This document shows, piece after piece, positions 8,504 to 16,608 of a DNA stretch of 64,000 bases. Made by a program: the position numbers and the translations under genes. Each line of letters starts with the position of its first letter. The first letter of the stretch is position 1. The notes under the pieces were generated by a model, which worked only from the letters and a program-made list of their open reading frames with translations, had not been told where the DNA came from and searched no databases. The stretch is from Candidatus Latescibacterota bacterium (GTDB lineage Bacteria > Latescibacterota > UBA2968 > GCA-2709665): positions 1,376,001 through 1,440,000 of the forward strand of contig CBDCOX010000002.1 in the NCBI GenBank assembly GCA_965219995.1, in the 5' to 3' direction.

Positions 8504-9930
8504 GTCGTTGGATGATCTGTCATGTGGTCTTCTGACGACTCTTGGGCGTCGCCAGAGACGTCGTCCTCACGCAATTCAGCCGCCTCCTCGCGCACGTCCA
8601 GCTTTCCAGTGACGACATCGGAGACCAAGCGGGTTCGGTACTCACGGAGGAGCTCGATCTGACGGTTAGCGCGGCTAGCATTGGTGTTCAGCCTTGAGAT
8701 ACGTGCTTCGATCTGTCGCACGATTAAGCCTTGCTCACAGACCGGCGCAATCGCAATTCCTCTAGAACCGATTCTATCAACATTGAGATTGCCCTGTGTA
8801 TTTACTGGCGCCTCGCGTACCAACTCCGGCTTCATTGCTTGAAATACATAGAACAGATAGTCTCGCTCCACGCCTTTTCGAGGGACGAATCCGACAACAC
8901 TGTCTGGAAAGCACGCCTCGAAGTCGAGAACTGCGACATCGCCAATGTTCGCGGCGATTGTCATTGCAAGCGTCCCGGCAGGGAACATCTGGCTCACGGC
9001 GAGTCCATTGTCGTTGAGGGTCTGCATGTACCTTGTTATAGCCTTTTCCGCACGAGCTACATCGCCCGTTTGAATAAAGGGATACGGCCCGTCATAGAGA
9101 GAGGCGTCGTTTCGTGGCCTGTGTGTGAACTTTCCCCTCAATATCTGCGCCGTCTGTTTCACTCGTGTCAATTTCCAATGCGCCGGCACCTCTCCCAGCC
9201 ACTCCACACCGGAGTTCTTGTATGCCGGGTACGGCCGACCGGTTCGGACGTCGATCTGGCCCGTGACGGCCTGGTGGATGATGGCCTGTTTCTGCACCTC
9301 CAGCAGCGCAATCAGCTTCTGTTTGGCGCGGATGTAGCGCTGGATGCGCCTGTCGGCGTGGTCGAGGAAGCGGACGATAGCGGTTTGTTCGGTGAGGGGC
9401 GGGAGTGGGAGCCACACCGATTTGATGCCAGTGTGAGAGAGCCCATATCTGGTTACGCCTTTCGCCTCGATATGGAATTGATAGGCCAGACCTTTGCTCT
9501 GCAAAGCACGGAGCAAATAACCGCCCGCGAGCTCATCAGTTCGTGGACGCAGCATCGCCAAATGATAGCCTGAAATAAGATCGGTCGCAGGCTTAGTTAC
9601 CAATGCTGGCACTCCAATATCATCCCATGTCTCGGAGTCCTTGGTGATGAGGACATCATCTTTCTCAAGTCGGAAACGATCAATCTCCTCATCGGTAGCG
9701 GTCGCCTGCATGAAGTTAATCTGTTCATTGATGTAGTCATTCTTGTAGACATCAACATAGTTACAAAGACGGACCCGCTCCTCATCCTCTCTTACGTGTT
9801 TATCCACGTTGCTTACTCGCATATCTATTACATTCTGAAGACGTCGCACCTCCCAATGTGCCGGAATGCCTCCGAGCCATTCGACGCCAGAGGGTTTGTT
9901 TTCTGGATAGGAGTGGGGAAATTGAGCCAT
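8500..9930 (-). CDS. hsdS: Type I R-M specificity subunit S
   Basis: Two repeats YPxxKxSGVEWLGxxPAHW, two TRDs, LPPLTEQTAIVRFLD and LLREYRTRLVSDVVTGKLDVR conserved helices. Confidence 0.95.
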   Translation of the reverse strand: MAQFPHSYPENKPSGVEWLGGIPAHWEVRRLQNVIDMRVSNVDKHVREDEERVRLCNYVDVYKNDYINEQINFMQATATDEEIDRFRLEKDDVLITKDSETWDDIGVPALVTKPATDLISGYHLAMLRPRTDELAGGYLLRALQSKGLAYQFHIEAKGVTRYGLSHTGIKSVWLPLPPLTEQTAIVRFLDHADRRIQRYIRAKQKLIALLEVQKQAIIHQAVTGQIDVRTGRPYPAYKNSGVEWLGEVPAHWKLTRVKQTAQILRGKFTHRPRNDASLYDGPYPFIQTGDVARAEKAITRYMQTLNDNGLAVSQMFPAGTLAMTIAANIGDVAVLDFEACFPDSVVGFVPRKGVERDYLFYVFQAMKPELVREAPVNTQGNLNVDRIGSRGIAIAPVCEQGLIVRQIEARISRLNTNASRANRQIELLREYRTRLVSDVVTGKLDVREEAAELREDDVSGDAQESSEDHMTDHPTT

Positions 9931-9938
9931 TAGAGACC

Positions 9939-10886
9939 TTATACTACTGGGATTCGCATCGTTGTCGATATGCCCCTGCTATAGTCGCCGACAAGATCGC
10001 CGTGTTGCCCTAACACGTAGAATGGATTTACGGCAATCGACACGGAAGAGTTCATATGCAAGGGGAAGTCACGAGGAAACAAACGTATCAATTGGCACAT
10101 CTCGTGAGCACGGGGATCACTGTTGGTTGACGCTACTGATTCGAGCGTTTCTTTAATCCGGTTTACGAGATATAATCCGGAAAACAGAGAAAAGAACTCC
10201 ATGTAGGAGAACACTCCGAACTTTATTCCGTCAATCATGGAGAACCGTGAATCGTTGTCCTCATCAGGTAGAACCGGCCCTACAATTGGTAGCCTCTCGT
10301 TGGTATGGGCCCCCTTCTTGACGGCCATGAGGTATAGAATGGATCGTGCGTCGAATTGCATTTCGTTAATATTCAGCAGCTTCGTTTTCATCCACTTACT
10401 GAACTTGACAGTTGTGGTCGAGGTATCAAACGGGCTAGAAAGAATAGTCCTACTTTCCGATTCATGGTAAATCCCATACAACGCATGCAATGAAACTGTA
10501 TGATCAAATGGAGGGATCTTAAGAGCGCGTGAAGATCCATCGGCGAAGTTTAATACACACTCTTGCCCTTTGAAAGACTGCGTTGCACGTAACGTCTTAG
10601 CGTTTTCTGGAGGCGCTTTCATAGGATGCATTTCGGGATTGACTATACATCGCTTCAACAACGACCCGTTTCCGTCCAGGAGTATCTTTCTAAGGGCGAC
10701 CGATATCTGTCTCGTTTTCGCAAGCATGAGGGTACCGGAAGGAGAATGCCGACGAGCGATCTGTCCGAACTCTTCAAGAGCAGTTGCAATCTCCGATACG
10801 CATTCTAATAGTATGAGAACCGTGGTCTGATGCACACTCGGGCGAATCTGCCACAGCATTGTCTGCCAGCTATTGTCGGCTTTCAT
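9939..10886 (-). CDS. Hypothetical protein (AT-richer cargo between hsdM and hsdS)
   Basis: 315-aa ORF, start coupled by ATGA to the hsdM remnant and stop 8 nt before the hsdS start; no recognised domain. Confidence 0.75.
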   Translation of the reverse strand: MKADNSWQTMLWQIRPSVHQTTVLILLECVSEIATALEEFGQIARRHSPSGTLMLAKTRQISVALRKILLDGNGSLLKRCIVNPEMHPMKAPPENAKTLRATQSFKGQECVLNFADGSSRALKIPPFDHTVSLHALYGIYHESESRTILSSPFDTSTTTVKFSKWMKTKLLNINEMQFDARSILYLMAVKKGAHTNERLPIVGPVLPDEDNDSRFSMIDGIKFGVFSYMEFFSLFSGLYLVNRIKETLESVASTNSDPRAHEMCQLIRLFPRDFPLHMNSSVSIAVNPFYVLGQHGDLVGDYSRGISTTMRIPVV

Positions 10887-11089
10887 TCTTCAATCCCTTC
10901 GGAGGCAACCTCTCGTCCGGTTAACTCCGCTAAGAGCACCTCCGCCGTATTTTCAAGCGCCAGGATTTCAGCCCGAATCTCCTCCAGTGTCCGCATTGGT
11001 TGTGGTCTGTCGAAATATCGCATAAAGCTGATCTCGTATCCGATTATTACACTGATCGATTGGTACCACGCGTCAGTGGCAGATGGCAG
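10883..11089 (-). pseudogene. hsdM: Remnant 3' end of an hsdM gene
   Basis: LPSATDAWYQSISVIIGYEISFMRYFDRPQPMRTLEEIRAEILALENTAEVLLAEL matches hsdM 12721-12888 at 39/56 aa; in-frame stop upstream and no 5' portion. Confidence 0.88.
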
Positions 11090-11149
11090 GCCCGCGCGGC
11101 ATTGGCTACCAAATGGGCTGAATTAGCCATGATTTTCTTGAGTTCTATT

Positions 11150-11449
11150 GGTATTCCACTCTTGCATCTCTTGAGGAAGCTTCGAAGAGGGTTTTGACGC
11201 AAGATTGTTAAAAATACTCGACTATCCTCGAGCGATTGGTCAACCCCAACCCTGTGATCGCAGTAGTAAGCCAATGCCGCATATACATCTGAGAGGGTTA
11301 AATCGTAATCACCGACAATTTCGTCGGCGCTCGTGCCAGATACCGATATTTACCACGGTAATTCGATGACCGGCAATACGAGGTTTGCCGCCTAAAATAC
11401 CCGGGGTGATCTCAATATGCTGATTCTGGATTTCCGTCGTCCTTTTCAC
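11150..11449 (-). pseudogene. Frameshifted DUF433 gene
   Basis: GTG 11449 gives ..HIEITPGILGGKPRIAGHRITVVNIGIWHER, then another frame continues SADEIVGDYDLTLSDVYAALAYY; 3' end approximate. Confidence 0.8.
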
Positions 11450-11558
11450 CTTCAGTTGAGTTTGGCGCCGGTCACGGAGCCCTCACGTTCATCGCCGACA
11501 TTAAAGAACAACCTGGGTCAGGGCATCACTCGCTCTTGCGCTTTCGTTTCCCTTCGGG

Positions 11559-11774
11559 TCAGCCGTCGCGACGATTTGTTGGCTGGACCTGCGTTGATTC
11601 GCGTATCCGCGCGGCCATTGCTTCCAGCATGGGGTCGGAATACCGCCTGGAATTGAACCACTCCACCGTTTCCTTTGCAGTCATGTCGGCGGTTTCGGCA
11701 GTATTGCGGGCGCGGGCCTTGCGCATGAATTCGACACAGTCGAAATTCTTCTTGTGGCTGGGGCTTTCAGACAT
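11559..11774 (-). CDS. Small putative antitoxin (FDC-motif family), paralog of 12039-12242
   Basis: KNFDCVEFMRKARARNTAETADMT..RYSDPMLE; start overlaps the stop of a decayed PIN 3' end. Confidence 0.7.
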   Translation of the reverse strand: MSESPSHKKNFDCVEFMRKARARNTAETADMTAKETVEWFNSRRYSDPMLEAMAARIRESTQVQPTNRRDG

Positions 11775-11850
11775 GGACGATTTTCTCATGGGCTCGATTG
11801 TCGATCGTGGCGTATCCATTGACGCCGTTGCAGAGCACGATGTGCATGAA
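11767..11850 (-). pseudogene. Decayed 3' end of a PIN toxin gene
   Basis: FMHIVLCNGVNGYATIDNRAHEKIVHV* aligns with gaps to FRHMVN..YNAVNRQMGYEELNVLSPEAISYDK* of the hsdM-fused PIN. Confidence 0.55.
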
Positions 11851-12038
11851 TCCTTCTATGCGGGAAAAGGCTCTAGGTCGGGGATCATGGAGTTACCCAT
11901 AGAGAGTATCTCGTACTTCGCGATTGAATAAACCAAAAAGACCCGCAACGTCGGCAATGATTCAGTCAAGCGTCCCGACTCGCTCGTCCCGATGCCTCGG
12001 TACGGTCTCGCCGTGCCGGCTGCTTGTCAAGCCATTGA

Positions 12039-12242
12039 TCAGGGTTCATTCTCTTTGTCTTTTTCCGATTCGCGCAATGGCGCCGCCAGTCGTTCCAGAA
12101 CAGGATCTTCATAGCGATACGTGCGATAGTACTGGATTCGCTCTGCAGGGCTCATGCCGGCTGTTTCTGCGGCAATCCTCGCACGAACCTCACGCACAAA
12201 GCGGATGCAGTCGAACCTCTCGGTTGCGGTATCATTTGTCAT
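12039..12242 (-). CDS. Small putative antitoxin (FDC-motif family) coupled to hsdM-PIN
   Basis: ERFDCIRFVREVRARIAAETAGMS; start overlaps the last 11 nt of the hsdM-PIN frame. Confidence 0.75.
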   Translation of the reverse strand: MTNDTATERFDCIRFVREVRARIAAETAGMSPAERIQYYRTYRYEDPVLERLAAPLRESEKDKENEP

Positions 12243-14673
12243 AGCTGATCGCCTCCGGGGATAGGACGTTCAGTTCCTCGTACCCCATTTGCCGGTTGAC
12301 TGCGTTGTACAACCGGTTTCGTCGCCAGTTCACCATGTGCCTGAAATTCCAGCTTGCCATAACGTCGGCCTCAGCCAGGGTTACCAGGGCGATATGCTCC
12401 GCGTCGGCGCGGTTCGCAAGGCCAAGAGCCCCGGAACCAATGTATGCGTCCGCAAGCCGTTCTGCCTCATCTGTGAGAAAGAGCATCTCTTTGTTCGCAG
12501 CGGGAATCTGATCGATCACATTGCGCACGCTTTCTGGTGCCCCCGCCAGTTCCCTGAGAATGACTTCTGAATAAACGAGGATAGCATCTCCGCGCTTGAA
12601 CTTATCAAACAACTCCATGGATGCCTCACGGACCTCCTCGTCCAGACACCCGCCGATCACCGAGGTGTCCACGTAGATGCGCGGCTTGCCGTACACAGCC
12701 GGCGGTTCCCGCACCATCGGCAGGTCGCCGAGTAACCCCTCGGTCTCTTTCTCCAGCGCTCTGATATCCGCCCCGATCTCCTCCAACGTCCGCATCGGCT
12801 GGGGCTTGTAGAAGTAACGCGTGAAGCTGATTTCGTAGCCGATTTTCACGCTGTCCTGTTGGTACCAGGCGTCACCCGCGTAGGGCAGGACCTCCCGCTT
12901 CAGGAAAGCTTTGATGCCGCCCTCGTCTTGCAGCGGAATCTGTTCTGTGTCGCGCAGGTCTGTGTCCGGTTCGTACTCGACGACGGTCGGCTTGCCGTCG
13001 AGAGTCGCCTCGAACCGGCCGCGCAGCGGGTCGGCTTCCGTGCCTCTCTTGTGGACCTTTTTGATGACGGGCTGCGCGGTTTCGCTACGCTCGAAAGTCT
13101 CCTTTAACTTCTTGATTTCGGAGGCCTTATAGGCGCGGTTGGGGTCAATCCCTTCGAGCCGTAGCGGTCGTTCGACCGTGACCTTCCAGTAGCCAAAGGC
13201 GGCGTTGTCGAAGATCTTGCTCTGTTCGGTTTCCTCGAACGCCAGAAAGGTGTCGCAGATGCGCTGGATGTCTTCCTCGCCGAGTTCGCAGTTCTTTTTC
13301 CCCAGGTTCTTGCGCAACGGTCGGTACCACTCGGTGGCATCGATCAGCTGCACTTTGCCCCGGCGATGCTCCGGCTTATTGTTGGTGAGTACCCAGACGT
13401 AGGTGGCGATGCCGGTGTTGTAGAACATGTTGAGCGGCAGGGCGACGATCGCTTCCAGCCAGTCGTTCTCGATGATCCAGCGGCGGATGTTGCTCTCGCC
13501 CTGCCCGGCATCGCCGGTGAACAGGGAACTGCCGTTGTGCACCTCGGCGATGCGGCTGCCGCCCTCCTTCACCTTGGATAGTTTATTGGCGAGAAAGAGC
13601 ATCTGCCCGTCGCTGGAACGTGTGACCAGCGAATATTCGGGATCGTCCGCGTGCTCAATCACAAAGCGCGGGTCCCGCATTTCCTTCTTGCCGCCCATGC
13701 GTTCCAGATCGGTCTTCCAGCTCTTGCCGTAGGGCGGATTGGAGAGCATGAAGTCGAACTCCCGGGACGGGAAGGCGTCGTTTGCGAGGGTGGAATGCTC
13801 CGGTCCGCCCACGATGTTATCGGCCGCGTCTCCTTCACCCTTCAGCAGCAGGTCGGCCTTGCAGATGGCGTAGGTCTCGGCATTGATCTCCTGGCCATAC
13901 AGATGGGTGGAAACCTGTTTGTCGCGCTCGGCGGCGAGTTGCTGAAGTACGTCTTCTGCCACGGTCAACATGCCGCCTGTACCGCATGCGCCGTCGTAGA
14001 TCAGGTAGGTGCTGGATGTAATCTCGTCAGCGACGGGCAGAAAGACCAGCTTCGCCATCAACGTGACGGCGTCGCGCGGGGTCCAGTGTTCGCCCGCCTC
14101 CTCATTGTTCTCCTCGTTGAATCGACGGATCAGCTCCTCGAAGATGGTGCCCATGCCGTGGTTGTCCAGGCCGGCGTGCCTGACCGTTCCGTCGCCGTTC
14201 TGCACAGGATCCGGGCTCAGGTTGATGTCGGGGGACGTCAGCTTTTCGATCAGCGTACCGAGGGCGTCGGCCCTGGAGAGCCGCGGGATCTGGATCCGGA
14301 ACTCGAAGTTTTCAAGGATGTCCTGGACGCTGGGCGAGAACCCGTCGAGCCATGCTCTAAAATCGGCCTCGAGCTGCTGGCGATTGGCGCGGGCGCGCAG
14401 GTCGCGCAGGGTGAACTTTGATGTATTGTAAAAAGCCTGTCCCGCGACTTGTCGCAGGGTTGCGTCCTGCTCGACAACCCCGGCCTTGTCGAGGTTGGTC
14501 TTCATGTCGAGGACGGCCTGCTTGCTGTCTTCCAGCACCGCGTCCAGCCGGCGCAGTACGGTCATCGGCAGAATCACGTCCCGGTACTTGCCGCGCACGT
14601 ACAGGTCGCGCAGAACGTCGTCTGCGATTCCCCAGATGTAGTTTGCGATCCAGTTCAGGTTGGCATTGCTCAC
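12232..14673 (-). CDS. hsdM: Type I R-M methyltransferase subunit M with a C-terminal PIN-domain fusion
   Basis: IWGIADDVLRD N-terminus, YDGACGTGGML (motif I), SNPPYG (motif IV), IGYEISFTRYFY; last ~150 aa RIYVDTSVIGG..ELAGAP..ADAEHIA..SWNFRH is PIN-like; GAGGAG RBS. Confidence 0.93.
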   Translation of the reverse strand: MSNANLNWIANYIWGIADDVLRDLYVRGKYRDVILPMTVLRRLDAVLEDSKQAVLDMKTNLDKAGVVEQDATLRQVAGQAFYNTSKFTLRDLRARANRQQLEADFRAWLDGFSPSVQDILENFEFRIQIPRLSRADALGTLIEKLTSPDINLSPDPVQNGDGTVRHAGLDNHGMGTIFEELIRRFNEENNEEAGEHWTPRDAVTLMAKLVFLPVADEITSSTYLIYDGACGTGGMLTVAEDVLQQLAAERDKQVSTHLYGQEINAETYAICKADLLLKGEGDAADNIVGGPEHSTLANDAFPSREFDFMLSNPPYGKSWKTDLERMGGKKEMRDPRFVIEHADDPEYSLVTRSSDGQMLFLANKLSKVKEGGSRIAEVHNGSSLFTGDAGQGESNIRRWIIENDWLEAIVALPLNMFYNTGIATYVWVLTNNKPEHRRGKVQLIDATEWYRPLRKNLGKKNCELGEEDIQRICDTFLAFEETEQSKIFDNAAFGYWKVTVERPLRLEGIDPNRAYKASEIKKLKETFERSETAQPVIKKVHKRGTEADPLRGRFEATLDGKPTVVEYEPDTDLRDTEQIPLQDEGGIKAFLKREVLPYAGDAWYQQDSVKIGYEISFTRYFYKPQPMRTLEEIGADIRALEKETEGLLGDLPMVREPPAVYGKPRIYVDTSVIGGCLDEEVREASMELFDKFKRGDAILVYSEVILRELAGAPESVRNVIDQIPAANKEMLFLTDEAERLADAYIGSGALGLANRADAEHIALVTLAEADVMASWNFRHMVNWRRNRLYNAVNRQMGYEELNVLSPEAISYDK

Positions 14674-14840
14674 TTTACCGCTACTCCTCGAAATAGGACT
14701 GCAGATTTCCTGGCAGCTTTGGGCTTGTATGACTTCCTTTCAAACAAGACAAAGGCGGATCGCCCATAGGGAACCCGCCGTGATGCCAAGTGAGTTTACC
14801 GCAGCAGTTTTCCGTCGGCGTGATACATGATGACTATCTG

Positions 14841-15158
14841 TCACCTGGTCCCGGCGGCAAGGGCAACTACAAAGATGAACAGATAGATGAACATAAACAC
14901 AAGGATGCTGGCGGCCAATCCTAACCATGCACCGCGTATCTGCTTGGTTTTCATACGGTCACAGTAGGCGCGTTCGAACGCCACCCCATCTTCTGCTTCC
15001 CGTGATCTTTGAAGAAAAATGAGTGGAACACGAGGCTCGATAAGGTGGGCAACAAAAACAGCCGGCAGCCACGTTAGAAAACCGAAGAGACCCCATAAGA
15101 ATACAGACTTATCATCTGCTACCAGCCTGCCTTCGCTCGAGCCTCTGTCGCTGTTCAC
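14841..15158 (-). CDS. Small hypothetical membrane protein
   Basis: AGGAGGA RBS before GTG 15158; two hydrophobic segments. Confidence 0.55.
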   Translation of the reverse strand: MNSDRGSSEGRLVADDKSVFLWGLFGFLTWLPAVFVAHLIEPRVPLIFLQRSREAEDGVAFERAYCDRMKTKQIRGAWLGLAASILVFMFIYLFIFVVALAAGTR

Positions 15159-15195
15159 TGTGTCCTCCTTGCTGTAGAAATTCTTGCGTCGCCGA

Positions 15196-15214
15196 CCCTT
15201 CGACAAGCTCAGGG
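15196..15214. repeat. REP-like motif CCCTTCGACAAGCTCAGGG
   Basis: Resembles a widespread extragenic repeat type (recognised from memory); single copy in the window. Confidence 0.45.
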
Positions 15215-15373
15215 AGCGGCTTAGTTCGCGCGAAAATTTCAATCCGGGTGAGTCGACGGCTGAATATGTACTTTCAGGTTCTGGGACATCACACCAAGTG
15301 GGGTTTCTGTTACAATGCTCGACATCTTACTGTCTTCGTATCCCGTGTTTTCGCCAAGGATGTGTGCCTTCCC

Positions 15374-16549
15374 TCACCCCCGGTTTCCTCCTCCCCACGC
15401 GGACGAGAACTGGTCGCCGTCGATGAATCTGGAGGGGCGGAACGGGTGCAGATCGAACGCAGGTGTCCGGCCGAGGATCATGTCGGTCAGCGAATCGGCG
15501 ATGGGAGGTCCCAGCTTGAACCCGTGTCCGCTCCCGCCGAAGAAGGCGTAATAACCATCAAGTCCGGGTTCAGGCCCGACCAGGGGATGCCAGTCGTCGG
15601 TAATCGTATAGACCGACGCCCATCCCTTCACGTATTCGCAATTCCGGAACGCCGGCACGCGTTCGAAGGTCCCGTCCTCGATGCGGCGGCGCGTGGGTTC
15701 ATCCAGGTCCGGATCGTACGCGTCGACGTCCATCGGCTCCACCTCTTTGGGAAAACTCAGGCCGGCCAGCAGCCCGTTGTCGCCGTCGGGTCGGAAGTAG
15801 ACTCTCAGATTGGGATCCGAAACCACCGGAAGCGGCCCGTATCCCTCCGGCAGGCGCAAGACCAGATCGCTCTCCCGGCTCCATCGCAGCGAATAGTTCA
15901 GCCCCACGGACAGTCCCATCCGGCGCCCCCAGGGACCCGCGGCGTTGATCACCAGACCGGTCCGGATTTCGCCGGCCTCGGTTTGCACCCCGGTCACCCG
16001 GTTGCCGGACAGGCAAATCCGCGTTGCCCCCACCCCCTCGTAACACGCCAGCCCCCATTCCTTCGCCCGCGTCACCAGGCTCCGGACCGTCTTGACGGGG
16101 TCCGCATACCCGGAAGCAGGTTCGTAGATGCCCGCGACGATCCCGTCCGTGTTCACACCGGGAATCAGCTCCCCGATCTCGACCCTGTCCACCTCCACGG
16201 CGCCGGTGCCGTTCCGCTGCTCCGCCTCGAGCACCGCCCGTCCCGCCGCGGCGGTTTGCTCGCCCAGAACACAGATATATCCCGTATTGCGAAAGTCGCA
16301 GTCTCCTCCCAGCGCCTCCTCCCCGTTCGCGAACATCTCCAGCGCCGCCGCGGACAACCGAATGGTCAGGTCATTCGTGTAAAACGTGCGGATCACAGCG
16401 GCCGAATGCCCCGTACTCACGGCGGCCAGCGACCGTTTTTCCAGGAGAACGACGTCGCCGAGGCCCTTTTTCGCCAGAAAATGGGCCGCGCTTGCCCCCA
16501 TGATCCCTCCGCCGATCACCACCGCATCTGCTGTCGTACCCATTCGCAT
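15374..16549 (-). CDS. FAD-dependent oxidoreductase (DAO/sarcosine oxidase beta-like)
   Basis: VVIGGGIMGAS dinucleotide-binding motif, STGHSAA, INAAGPW, GGSGHGFKLGP. Confidence 0.88.
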   Translation of the reverse strand: MRMGTTADAVVIGGGIMGASAAHFLAKKGLGDVVLLEKRSLAAVSTGHSAAVIRTFYTNDLTIRLSAAALEMFANGEEALGGDCDFRNTGYICVLGEQTAAAGRAVLEAEQRNGTGAVEVDRVEIGELIPGVNTDGIVAGIYEPASGYADPVKTVRSLVTRAKEWGLACYEGVGATRICLSGNRVTGVQTEAGEIRTGLVINAAGPWGRRMGLSVGLNYSLRWSRESDLVLRLPEGYGPLPVVSDPNLRVYFRPDGDNGLLAGLSFPKEVEPMDVDAYDPDLDEPTRRRIEDGTFERVPAFRNCEYVKGWASVYTITDDWHPLVGPEPGLDGYYAFFGGSGHGFKLGPPIADSLTDMILGRTPAFDLHPFRPSRFIDGDQFSSAWGGGNRG

Positions 16550-16608
16550 TGCTCCCGTGCCATTCTTAACATCCCGAAATACCGGCCTGCCAATCCCGCC
16601 AACACCGG

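Noticed and set aside
8500-9930. Phase-variable hsdS shufflon
   Set aside because: Only one hsdS with two TRDs; no silent TRDs, long inverted repeats or recombinase in the window
6900-12240. Integron cassette array
   Set aside because: No intI and no recurring attC-like sites seen between the genes
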